A stretch of 37,624 bases of DNA. It comes from a virus. A model generated the notes under the pieces. The model was not told where the DNA came from, did not search any database, and saw nothing but the letters and a program-made list of their open reading frames with translations. How positions within the stretch are numbered: position 1 is the stretch's first letter; every line of letters begins with the position of its first letter. Location: the IMG/VR virus record IMGVR_UViG_3300033402_000312. The stretch is one strand, 5' to 3'. A program made the translations under genes and the position numbers. Shown piece by piece: positions 5,365 through 13,330 of the stretch.

Positions 5365-5983
5365 CGGGTTCCCCCTTTCGCTTGACGCCCCAGCCGCCGC
5401 GCCAGTAGACCTCCAGCATGTCGTCCCACATCGCCTCGCGGCGGTCGTTCCAGCTTGCCTGCCATTCGTAGCCGTCCTTGTCCTTTTTCGGCGGCAAGTC
5501 CTTCACCGGGTCCTTGGGGCTGAGACCGAGCTTCTCGTAGGCATGATCCGAGGCGCGGCGGCAATCGTCGCCGCCGGGGCGAATCCTGTCCGCCTGCTTC
5601 TTGACCCAGCGGTGGAAGGCGTCCATCTCGACCCTCAGTTCCACGTCGCGGGCAGCCTGCCGGGTCGCGTCGTCGGACTCGCGGTAGCGGTCGGCGCAGC
5701 CAAAGAGACCGCCGTAGTCGATCTCGGCGTCAGGGTTGTCCCACAGGACGTCGGTGATGCTCATCGGCGAGATCACGACCTTGTAGCCATTGGAGACATA
5801 CTTGCCGCCCACCACGTCGAAGTAGGGCTTCCTCGCGGGGTCGCGCACCAGCAGTTGCAGCCGCCCGTCGTAGTACGCAGGCTCGGTCGCCACGGCGAAG
5901 ATGTCGATGTTCTCGACGCAGGCCTCAAGCTCGCCGCTCGGGTCTGCCTCTTGCAGTCTTTGGATCAAATCCTTGGTTTTCAT
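5351..5983 (-). CDS. hypothetical phage protein (210 aa)
   Basis: GGAGG SD; MKTKDLIQRLQEADP-type N-terminus; GC3-rich codons. Confidence 0.85.
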   Translation of the reverse strand: MKTKDLIQRLQEADPSGELEACVENIDIFAVATEPAYYDGRLQLLVRDPARKPYFDVVGGKYVSNGYKVVISPMSITDVLWDNPDAEIDYGGLFGCADRYRESDDATRQAARDVELRVEMDAFHRWVKKQADRIRPGGDDCRRASDHAYEKLGLSPKDPVKDLPPKKDKDGYEWQASWNDRREAMWDDMLEVYWRGGWGVKRKGEPDEEI

Positions 5984-6114
5984 TCGTAGTCCTCCGGTGT
6001 CAAAAGCCTATCATACCCCTCGTGGAACTCCCACCACCCCGAGCACGGGCCGTCGATGTGCAAGACCCGCCACAGTCGAGCAGGGCGTTCCAGTGCCAGA
6101 TTCCTTCCATCCAT
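5980..6114 (-). CDS. small hypothetical protein (44 aa)
   Basis: MDGRNLALERPARLWRVLHIDGPCSGWWEFHEGYDRLLTPEDYE fills the gap; its stop overlaps the next ATG (ATGA). Below the track cutoff. Confidence 0.4.
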   Translation of the reverse strand: MDGRNLALERPARLWRVLHIDGPCSGWWEFHEGYDRLLTPEDYE

Positions 6115-6127
6115 GCGCAGGAAGCCA

Positions 6128-6577
6128 TCACGCCGCCCCCTCGTATTTTGACTTCAGTTCGAGGTAGCGCTGGCGCTCGGCTTCCCCCGCTTTGCGCTCC
6201 TTCTCGGCTTCCTCCACCGCCTTGCGCTCAAGGCGCTGGCGCTCGTGCTCGTCGTACGCCTTTTTCTGCGCCTCGATCCAGCCGTCGATGTCGTCGAGCC
6301 AGCCGTTGGGGATGACGATGGAAAGGTAATCGTACTCGTCGCCGCCGCAATACTTGCGTCCCCTGAGCGTGGTGCCGTCCGCCTCGAACTCGTAGGCCTC
6401 GTCCCAGCTTGGCCTGAACTCGTAGCCGGTGCGCGGCACCCACTTGACCCCGCCGTCCTCGCACATCTCCTCCCGGAGAAGCCCGGCGTTCTGGGCTTTC
6501 GCGAAGATTTCCCGCATGGTCTCGTGGAACTGCCCCTGCAACTGCTGAAGCTGCTTGCCCATCTCGCTGATTGTCAT
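6128..6577 (-). CDS. hypothetical protein (149 aa, charged C-terminal helix)
   Basis: AGGAG SD; ATG 6577 overlaps the upstream TGA (ATGA). Confidence 0.8.
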   Translation of the reverse strand: MTISEMGKQLQQLQGQFHETMREIFAKAQNAGLLREEMCEDGGVKWVPRTGYEFRPSWDEAYEFEADGTTLRGRKYCGGDEYDYLSIVIPNGWLDDIDGWIEAQKKAYDEHERQRLERKAVEEAEKERKAGEAERQRYLELKSKYEGAA

Positions 6578-6972
6578 TGTAGCTCTCCTGTCGAAGCAAA
6601 ATTTGCCTGCATGGGCGCAATGGACGCTTGTATTGACGCGTTCGGCTCTTGCCAAAGGCGGTAGTTCGACAGGGCGCGGCGCTGGTGCTGTTCAAGCGGG
6701 ACGGTGGCCACGGCGGACAGGCCCATGTCGAAGTCCGGCTCGTAGAACACCTGGTGGGCGATGTCGTTGGAGCGGAGCTTCTCGACGACGCGGAAAAGCG
6801 CCGCCTTGTCGGGCACGCCTATGACGATGCACGACGGGGTTTCGTCAAGATTTCGGGGTTGCGGCAGACGGCGGGCGACCTCGAAGGTCGCGTGGTTGGA
6901 CTGGACAAGCTGCTGGGCTGCGGTGAGGTCGGTCCTTACGAACACATAAAAATAAGAGTGAACCTATTGCAT
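6574..6972 (-). CDS. PTH2-like peptidyl-tRNA hydrolase with in-frame amber at codon 3 (132 aa on read-through)
   Basis: YFYVFVRTDL...QQLVQSNHA...IVIGVPD...FYEPD...LSAVA follows the PTH2-fold pattern. AGGAGG/AAGGA precede ATG CAA TAG GTT CAC TCT TAT TTT TAT GTG. Confidence 0.78.
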
Positions 6973-7001
6973 GTCCTTTTGAGCCTCCTAGCTCAATACT
7001 G

Positions 7002-7175
7002 CTATAAGCCTCTGAGCAGGCATTTGAAAGTCAAGTTTGTCGGCGGACTTAGCCCTTTCTCTGGTGGTCTGGGAATTCGTCTTGGCCCAAAATAGGGCCT
7101 AAGATAGAGATCGTAGAACACAAGCAACATCGTCGCAAGTGCCATACCCGCCAGAAACCACCCTAGAGCACTCAT
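7002..7175 (-). CDS. small single-pass membrane protein (57 aa)
   Basis: Hydrophobic MSALGWFLAGMALATMLLVFY; ends in TAG. Confidence 0.6.
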   Translation of the reverse strand: MSALGWFLAGMALATMLLVFYDLYLRPYFGPRRIPRPPEKGLSPPTNLTFKCLLRGL

Positions 7176-7199
7176 GCAGTTCCCCCGCAACACAGTCGC

Positions 7200-7228
7200 A
7201 TTGTCCCATAAACCAAGGGTCTTGTCAA
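7200..7228 (-). promoter_or_regulatory. sigma70-type promoter for the operon containing both amber-gated genes
   Basis: TTGACA-17 nt-GACAAT with extended -10 TG. Confidence 0.55.
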
Positions 7229-7461
7229 GTCCGTTTTCTCGGACGCGGCGACCGCTTCTTCGGGAACAGCACCCGTATCTTCACGTCCATCGGCGTCTCC
7301 CGAACAAGCGGCACCTCGACCGCGAAGTAGCCGTCGAGCGCCGTCAATGCCGAGACCCTTTCCTTCCCGATGCGGACGGAAATCTCCTCGCAGGACACCG
7401 CCGCCCCGTTGTTGTCAACCATGAAGCCGCTGATAACGAATTTCATCCGTGCTGTTGGCAT
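7225..7461 (-). CDS. hypothetical protein (78 aa)
   Basis: AAGGAG SD before ATG 7461 (MPTARMKF); beta-rich pattern. Confidence 0.65.
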   Translation of the reverse strand: MPTARMKFVISGFMVDNNGAAVSCEEISVRIGKERVSALTALDGYFAVEVPLVRETPMDVKIRVLFPKKRSPRPRKRT

Positions 7462-7483
7462 GCATTTCTCCTTGGGATCATCA

Positions 7484-7780
7484 AGGCCCCAGGCGCGGAG
7501 TTCCGTCATTGTCACCGCGCCTCAGGGGATTTTCCGGCGCTCATCCTCAACCTGTTCCCGGAATCAAGGCGGGCCTATTCCTATTTCGACCCAGTCGCGC
7601 CGCTATCCCCGTGGTTAGGAACGTCCGGGCAGCGGGGTCGTTTCCCCTTCAAGGCACGCAAAAGCGGGTTTTACGCCGCCTCTCCTTGCGATGCCCTGGC
7701 ACGCCCGGCTAAGTCAAGCCACCCACGAGACTATTTTTGTCGGAACCGAAGACGCCTGCTGCTCGTGGCCACTGGGGCCT
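7484..7780 (-). ncRNA. candidate ~297-nt structured RNA, family unrecognised
   Basis: No credible ORF; 9-bp closing helix AGGCCCCAG/CTGGGGCCT enclosing several internal helices. Confidence 0.5.
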
Positions 7781-7794
7781 AGACATAGGATACA

Positions 7795-8001
7795 TCATTT
7801 GTGCCTAAACTGGTCTTCGTATTTTTTCAGCACATCCGGTGGCAGCACGACGGGATGGCAGTCGGTTGGCGCTCCGGTGCTTGTGATCGAGTTGCAGACG
7901 TAAGGCTCCTGTGGGGACTGTTGCTGTTCCCAAGACGCGAACATCCATAAGCCAGTCCACACAACGAGGAACACAATAAGAGGCATCAGCACCTTCCACA
8001 T
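7795..8001 (-). CDS. small membrane-anchored protein (68 aa; start uncertain)
   Basis: Hydrophobic MWKVLMPLIVFLVVWTGLWMF, then a Cys pair. The frame is open upstream to the TGA at 8107. Confidence 0.6.
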   Translation of the reverse strand: MWKVLMPLIVFLVVWTGLWMFASWEQQQSPQEPYVCNSITSTGAPTDCHPVVLPPDVLKKYEDQFRHK

Positions 8002-8106
8002 CGGAATGTCCCCGTGCGGCTCGTGGCAATAGCATTTGCAGCCAGCGGCTATGCAGGCCTTTCTCCCGCGCAACGCGCTCCTCGCGCCTGCGCCGTGCGC
8101 CCGCCC

Positions 8107-8343
8107 TCATGACCCCGAACACGGAAACCTCCCCGTGGCGCGTTTCCATTGGTCGTTGGCTTCTCCCCAGATGACCAGTTCAGCCGTGGTTGCCCCCTTG
8201 GGCCCGCCCTTAGCTGTCAGCCTCTTGACGGCATTTTCCAGTCTCCTGCCGTGGTAGGAGTAATGCTTCCCGGCGTAGTCAAACTCCATCAGCATGACGG
8301 CGAGCGTCCCGGCGAACGTGATGCGGTAAGTTTCATCGCCCAT
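8107..8343 (-). CDS. hypothetical protein (78 aa; possible TGA read-through)
   Basis: ORF after the tmRNA terminator; ends CSGS-TGA in frame with a Cys-rich stretch. Confidence 0.65.
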   Translation of the reverse strand: MGDETYRITFAGTLAVMLMEFDYAGKHYSYHGRRLENAVKRLTAKGGPKGATTAELVIWGEANDQWKRATGRFPCSGS

Positions 8344-8361
8344 GCCCTATGATACTGCCAG

Positions 8362-8388
8362 AAACAAAAAACCCCGCCGACGCGGGGT
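8362..8388 (-). terminator. intrinsic terminator of the tmRNA gene
   Basis: ACCCCGC-GTCG-GCGGGGT followed by TTTTTGTTT. Confidence 0.88.
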
Positions 8389-8651
8389 CTTTTGCGGTGT
8401 TGAGGATCAGTCCCACCAAGGACTGTGCGTGCAGCTTTTTAGGCCGCAGCCGCAAATGCCATCTCACGAGGAGCGGCAGTTATAGTTTCCATCCTGATTA
8501 ACGAGGGCATGGTGCCTCGGGTCGCTGGCTCCGTCCTCGCATGTCCGCCGTCGAAACCAGTTCACCCCCGAAGTGGTGGAGGTGGGGGGAGTTGGACCCC
8601 CGTCCGAGCAGACTGTCTGGTGCCTTTTGCCCTCGCGGGCTTACGACCATC
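8389..8651 (-). ncRNA. ssrA: circularly permuted (two-piece) tmRNA
   Basis: Acceptor piece first (...GGACGGGGGTCCAACTCCCCCCACCTCCACCA, ending 8574), a 4-nt spacer CTTC, then the coding piece from 8569 (GGGGGTGAACTGGTTTCGACGG). G3:U70 and A73 present. ATAACT-GCC resume context; tag AAPREMAFAAAA* at 8439-8477. Confidence 0.92.
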
Positions 8652-8657
8652 CTACAC

Positions 8658-8687
8658 ATAATACCACGGAAGTCGGTTATCTGTCAA
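8658..8687 (-). promoter_or_regulatory. sigma70-type promoter of tmRNA
   Basis: TTGACA-18 nt-TATTAT with extended -10 TG. Confidence 0.75.
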
Positions 8688-9819
8688 GTATCCTGCGGTA
8701 AATCTGGTCTCCGGTGTAAACATCTTCGTTGACTGCACGGGCTGCTGCCTTGGCGTTGCGGTCTTCCAGGAGCCTGATCTCGTTCTCAAGCTCGGCTCGG
8801 CGGTCTTCCGGGTCTGCCCATTCCTGGAGGTACGCCTCGTCCTGCGCTTGCGCGAGGGCGATCTGACGCGCCCGCTCGCGGTACAGCCTCGGCACGTTGG
8901 AGCCGTGGGTCGCCAAGAACACCACGACGCCGAGGTAATGGTCGTCGTCGTCTGACCCCGGTGCCGGGTCGCGGTCGAGTTCCTTGAGCAGCGCCGGAAG
9001 CTCGGAGTCCGGCACAGGGTCGTCGAAGCTTATGTCTGCGCGATCCGTGTTGCGGTGCCTGTCAAGGATGTCGTGGACCGCGTCGCTGTCGTAGGAGCGC
9101 TCGCCCCACTGCCCGGCGAACTTGCCCTGCTGCCGCGCCCGCCAAGCCGCGCTGGCGCTCGACACGTACTGCTTCGGCTGGCTCAGTTCCCGCTCGCTTT
9201 TGACTTGCGTCGGGTCGGGCGTTTCCGACCAGGTTCTCCACCAGCCCTTTTGCGCTTTGATCTGGTCGGCGAACTCCGCCTTGACGATCTCCTCGGCGAC
9301 GTGCATCTCCGGCTCGGTCGGAAACATGAACATGGAGAACTCGTCCTCCTTGAAATGCTCCACGTCGAAGTCCTTCATGCCAGCCTTGGCTAGGTGGAAC
9401 GCGACGGGGCCGGCCGCGTTCGTCGGGACGGCGAAGCTGAAGCGCGGCGCTCGCCCGGAGAACTTCTTCGAGGTGCGCTGGCGACCGACGATGCCCACTG
9501 ACTTCAGGAACTTCCTGTCGGACGTCTCTTCTTCCTCGGGGCTGAGCTTCGGCGGCTCCGGCTCCCTCGGCTCCACGATGCTCTTGAGCATCTCCGGGTC
9601 GGTCCAACGCACGGATTGCGTCCCGTCTTCGGTGATGATCTGGTAGTACGGCTCCTCCGTCTCGCGGTCTACGTCGATCTTGACCCTGAAGTTGCTGTGC
9701 GGGCTGCGCCACATTTCTTCCGTTACGCCGGACGGCGCGAACCCGTTCACGTGGAGGATTTCGCGCCAATTGTCGTCCGGGAACCTTCCCGCATCCGCCT
9801 TCTTCAGGAGGTCGCTCAT
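8677..9819 (-). CDS. hypothetical multidomain protein (380 aa) with C-terminal DUF4259-like region
   Basis: GAGG SD before MSDLL. GQWGERSYDSDAVHDIL resembles the GxWG.G.F.xD.A.D start of DUF4259 (from memory). Confidence 0.75.
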   Translation of the reverse strand: MSDLLKKADAGRFPDDNWREILHVNGFAPSGVTEEMWRSPHSNFRVKIDVDRETEEPYYQIITEDGTQSVRWTDPEMLKSIVEPREPEPPKLSPEEEETSDRKFLKSVGIVGRQRTSKKFSGRAPRFSFAVPTNAAGPVAFHLAKAGMKDFDVEHFKEDEFSMFMFPTEPEMHVAEEIVKAEFADQIKAQKGWWRTWSETPDPTQVKSERELSQPKQYVSSASAAWRARQQGKFAGQWGERSYDSDAVHDILDRHRNTDRADISFDDPVPDSELPALLKELDRDPAPGSDDDDHYLGVVVFLATHGSNVPRLYRERARQIALAQAQDEAYLQEWADPEDRRAELENEIRLLEDRNAKAAARAVNEDVYTGDQIYRRILDR

Positions 9820-9926
9820 TTTCTTCCTCATAAAAGAGGGGGAAATCCGGTTTTCATTCAAGCTGCGGCAAGGCTTTTAACGGGAGTGTGTCGGGCGCTT
9901 GACTCCTATGTAGTGGAGGACAAGAA

Positions 9927-10118
9927 ATGGCTCACTCACGAAACAAAAACCCAGCGGGTTGGAAAAAGAACGTGTCCGATGGTGCGGTTAAGAGTGCAGA
10001 GAATAGGATTTGCCCAAAATGCCGGAAAAAATCAGCATTGAAACGCTATTTTGATTTTCAGGTCGCGTTCATTTGGTGTCGATTCTGCGACTACGAGAGA
10101 AGGGAGTTAAAGGTATAG
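9927..10118 (+). CDS. small Zn-ribbon protein (63 aa)
   Basis: GGAGG SD; CPKC...CRFC; ends in TAG. Confidence 0.7.
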   Translation: MAHSRNKNPAGWKKNVSDGAVKSAENRICPKCRKKSALKRYFDFQVAFIWCRFCDYERRELKV

Positions 10119-10121
10119 ATT

Positions 10122-10358
10122 TTAGTTGGGGTCCTTGAACAGGGGGCGCTCAAGCATCCCCTTGTCGGTCTTCTCTTCGAGGAGGTCAGCGTATTGGCGG
10201 AGCAAAGCAGCAAGCTCGTGTCCCTCTTCCGTGACGTTGCCTATGGCAACCAGCGACGGGGGGTCGGAACCCACCATCATGCCCGCGTAGGCGAACCCGT
10301 GCTTCGTGGCGAGCGTTGTGAAAATCGTGTAGGCTTGCAGGAGGTCGTCGGGCAGCAT
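10122..10358 (-). CDS. hypothetical protein (78 aa)
   Basis: Track ORF with genome-like codon usage. Confidence 0.7.
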   Translation of the reverse strand: MLPDDLLQAYTIFTTLATKHGFAYAGMMVGSDPPSLVAIGNVTEEGHELAALLRQYADLLEEKTDKGMLERPLFKDPN

Positions 10359-10374
10359 ACAGCCTAATACCGCG

Positions 10375-10926
10375 TCAGCAAGCCTGCGGGGGAATCTTCG
10401 GCGGAGTTCCGCCTGAGCCAGAATTGTTATCTGAGGGTTGGAATCCGAGGGTTTTGGGGCTGTCCCTGATCACGTCAGGCCAGTTCTTGAAAAGCGGGAA
10501 CGTAAGATAGTAGTTCCCCGCGAACTCGATCCAGTACCCGCGCAGCGGGTCGAAGCCCGCATCGAGCATGGTCACGTTGCCCGTGGCGACGGGCGGCACC
10601 GGGGGCGGGATCGGGAGACCGGGGTACTTGTTGTACAGCGCGGGCGTAGCCGCGTAGGGCGGGCGGTCAAGCTGCGCCGCAGGGATGGAAGCGCCGAACC
10701 ACGGCTTGAGGAAAAGCCGGAACCCGTCTTGCCGCGTGTATTGGCCTATGTCGTACCAGATCATGTAAAGCGAGTCGCCGAACAGGACGGTGGTCTGCAC
10801 CTTCGCCCAAATTGTGCGGACGGACAGCATGGCGCGGAGTCCCGAATCCCACGGGATGCCGGACACCGGGAGCACTTCCTGGGGCTGCGGCTTGCTGAGT
10901 TGAAGGGCGAAAATTGTCTCTCCCAT
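10375..10926 (-). CDS. hypothetical protein (183 aa), possibly virion-associated
   Basis: GAGGA SD region; Pro/aromatic-rich, low-charge composition like the structural genes. Confidence 0.8.
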   Translation of the reverse strand: MGETIFALQLSKPQPQEVLPVSGIPWDSGLRAMLSVRTIWAKVQTTVLFGDSLYMIWYDIGQYTRQDGFRLFLKPWFGASIPAAQLDRPPYAATPALYNKYPGLPIPPPVPPVATGNVTMLDAGFDPLRGYWIEFAGNYYLTFPLFKNWPDVIRDSPKTLGFQPSDNNSGSGGTPPKIPPQAC

Positions 10927-10927
10927 G

Positions 10928-11650
10928 TTACATGTTCCTCCTGTTCCGCATCAATTCGACTGCGGCTTTTATTTTTTCGGGGTTGTTCGCCGCCCATGCT
11001 TTGGCTTTTTTGCGGAGTTTTTGGCGTGTCTCCTCAGAACACTCCCTACCCCAAAGGGAAAAAGCTACCTTTTTGGCTATTTCAGGGTTTTGCATGTGGT
11101 GACGCCCCTCAGCAGCTAATTGTTTTAAGCTATCTGATTGTTTCTGTTTTGATTCTACTGAACGCTTATGCCCTATGTGGGCTACTTTGGATGCCGCAAA
11201 TGCGGCATCAGATGGACGCTTACCCTTACGCATAGCACTAAATTTTTCTTGCATCTTTGGGTCTTGCATAGGATTTAATCCAAGGGCAGACCTACGCAAA
11301 TGTGCTTCACTCATCTTCTTTCGGGTTTCAGGATGGACGTTTTTGGCCCTTCCACCAGACTCCAAATTATAGCCTACGCTTGGATCGGTGGCTTTAAGCT
11401 GCTTAATAAACATCTTTTCCCAGTAGTTGGCTTGATCTCTTGAAGATGCTCGTATCAAAACAGATGTTTTGAACGCTTTAGGGCTATACTTGCGGATGGC
11501 AGCGTGAAAATGCGGGCATTTTCCCTGCTTCAAATTGAATGCAGCAGAACAATGAAGTCTCCAGCGATGCTTCAAAGTGAGACTCGTTTGCCCTATATAA
11601 TATTTGTTGTTAACTGTATTTACTACTATATAAATGAGGGTTTCGCCCAT
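10928..11650 (-). CDS. GIY-YIG homing endonuclease (Seg-like, NUMOD3 repeats; 240 aa)
   Basis: LIYIVVNTVNNKYYIGQT, GYNL, HPETRKKMSEAH; AT-rich; ATG overlaps the upstream TGA. Confidence 0.9.
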   Translation of the reverse strand: MGETLIYIVVNTVNNKYYIGQTSLTLKHRWRLHCSAAFNLKQGKCPHFHAAIRKYSPKAFKTSVLIRASSRDQANYWEKMFIKQLKATDPSVGYNLESGGRAKNVHPETRKKMSEAHLRRSALGLNPMQDPKMQEKFSAMRKGKRPSDAAFAASKVAHIGHKRSVESKQKQSDSLKQLAAEGRHHMQNPEIAKKVAFSLWGRECSEETRQKLRKKAKAWAANNPEKIKAAVELMRNRRNM

Positions 11651-11895
11651 CAGCCCAGCCGCTTCATGGGGCATCCGAATTTGTGCGGAAAGGGGGTTTC
11701 GTGAATGTTGGCCACCCTGCCGCACTTGCCGCACTTGAACGCAAAGTCGCCGTCCTCGCCGTCCACCACCTCGTAGGCGAAGCCCATCAGGGCATCTTGG
11801 TTGCCGCGCTTGATTTCGGCGATCTCCTCCGGGGTGAATTCGTCGTCGAGACCATCCTCGTACTGCTCGTCAAAATCATCGAAATCGATAGCCAT
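11650..11895 (-). CDS. small acidic Zn-binding protein (81 aa)
   Basis: GAGGTG SD before MAIDFDD; CGKC...H...C. Confidence 0.75.
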   Translation of the reverse strand: MAIDFDDFDEQYEDGLDDEFTPEEIAEIKRGNQDALMGFAYEVVDGEDGDFAFKCGKCGRVANIHETPFPHKFGCPMKRLG

Positions 11896-11984
11896 AGGAC
11901 ACCTCATCAAAAAGAAACTCGTAGCGGAGGCGGACCTTTCATCTTCTTGATGTCACTCATAATTGTCATATTAGAGTCTCCAGG

Positions 11985-12641
11985 TCAGAATGACAAAATC
12001 CAAGAAAAAATTATGTCAACTCCGGCAGGAAGTATCAGCGGAGGCAGCGTCTTGTAGTTCACGAGTACCACCGAATCCGCCGGGCCGGGAGGCGTCGCGG
12101 CGGGGTTGAAGTACGGCGCGGTCACCATGTTCGTCGGCTGCCCGCCAGCGCCCGCCAGCGTGCCGCCGCCGATGAGTCCCATCTCCCGGATGCTCTGGGT
12201 GATGTTGTCGGTGGTGGCGTTGACCGTGGTCTGGAAGTCCACCATTGTGCTGAACTGGTTCACCGGATTGAAGTTGGCATCGACGTAGTTGATGCGCGAA
12301 AGGGGCTTGCGCAGGAACTCGGAGATGAGCGCGGTCTGGATCGGGGAAGGGTCGGGCTGCGTCTCCGGTGCCCAGCTAGGCGAGCCAGCGCCGATTGCCA
12401 AGCCCCATATGCCGTACAGCGGGTCTGCCGACACGCCTGCCTCGCCGAGGGTGTAGGGGACAGCCGGGGCGTTCGGGAGGGCGTTCGCGCAAAGCCTCGC
12501 GAACAGCCAGCGGACGACGTTGGTGATTATATTTTTCTGTTGAAACAAAACCTCTCCGGTGTCAGACCGAAATATTCGGAGATACCCTGTGTCAATAGGC
12601 AATGTCTGCGTGTAAAATCCATCCCTAAAGTTAAGTTGCAT
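11985..12641 (-). CDS. putative baseplate/tail-fibre attachment protein (218 aa)
   Basis: NIITN...LAIGAG...QTALISE.RKP...IREMGLIGG...NYKT pattern resembles myovirus tail-collar/baseplate proteins; position at the end of the baseplate cluster. Confidence 0.65.
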   Translation of the reverse strand: MQLNFRDGFYTQTLPIDTGYLRIFRSDTGEVLFQQKNIITNVVRWLFARLCANALPNAPAVPYTLGEAGVSADPLYGIWGLAIGAGSPSWAPETQPDPSPIQTALISEFLRKPLSRINYVDANFNPVNQFSTMVDFQTTVNATTDNITQSIREMGLIGGGTLAGAGGQPTNMVTAPYFNPAATPPGPADSVVLVNYKTLPPLILPAGVDIIFSWILSF

Positions 12642-13326
12642 TAGAGCCTCTGTTTTGTCTTTGTAAAGCTGCTTTTTTAAGATTCGCCTTCAAAATAGCA
12701 AAGCACTCCGGTCGCTGGGCACGAAGTTTCGCAGCAACACTTAAATTCCGTTTGTGCTTGTCTGAAAATACCCGACCTTTTAGTGCTTGGGACAGCTTCG
12801 GTACTTTCTTTCCAAGTTTCGCAGCAGAAATCCGTTGCCTAGTTTCAAGCGTAGGTTTTTTACCTTTGTGAGCCTTGGATAACAATGCACGGGTTTCAGC
12901 GGTGGCTTTTTTGCCCAGATGCGCTTTCCGATTTTTTTGATTTGATTCATTCGAATGATGACGACCGAACATCGGATGCGCTGCTCCATGAAGGGCTTTT
13001 TCACCGTAACGTGGGTTAAGTTTTCCGGGGGACGCTCCATCGCCGCCCAACGTCATGTTGTAACCGTTTTCCGGCTTGTGAGACTGGTGCAGGACAATAA
13101 AGAAAGTCTCCATCGCATCAAGTTCATCCTTGGTTTTGGCTTGATGAATTACCTCGACCCTAAAGGCATCTGGCCCGTATTTGCGAATAGCATTAGAGAG
13201 GTACAACTTGCTGCCTTTACTTGCGGCATGAACATGCGCTTTCCAACGATCTTCTACCCTAGCCCGCATCCACTTACCGATGTAGACTTTGCCGTTCACC
13301 GAATTTGTGACTTTGTACACGACCAT
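12631..13326 (-). CDS. GIY-YIG homing endonuclease (NUMOD3 repeats; 231 aa)
   Basis: VVYKVTNSVNGKVYIGK, GYNMTLGGDG, HPMFGRHHS; AT-rich. Confidence 0.9.
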   Translation of the reverse strand: MVVYKVTNSVNGKVYIGKWMRARVEDRWKAHVHAASKGSKLYLSNAIRKYGPDAFRVEVIHQAKTKDELDAMETFFIVLHQSHKPENGYNMTLGGDGASPGKLNPRYGEKALHGAAHPMFGRHHSNESNQKNRKAHLGKKATAETRALLSKAHKGKKPTLETRQRISAAKLGKKVPKLSQALKGRVFSDKHKRNLSVAAKLRAQRPECFAILKANLKKAALQRQNRGSNAT

Positions 13327-13330
13327 ATAC

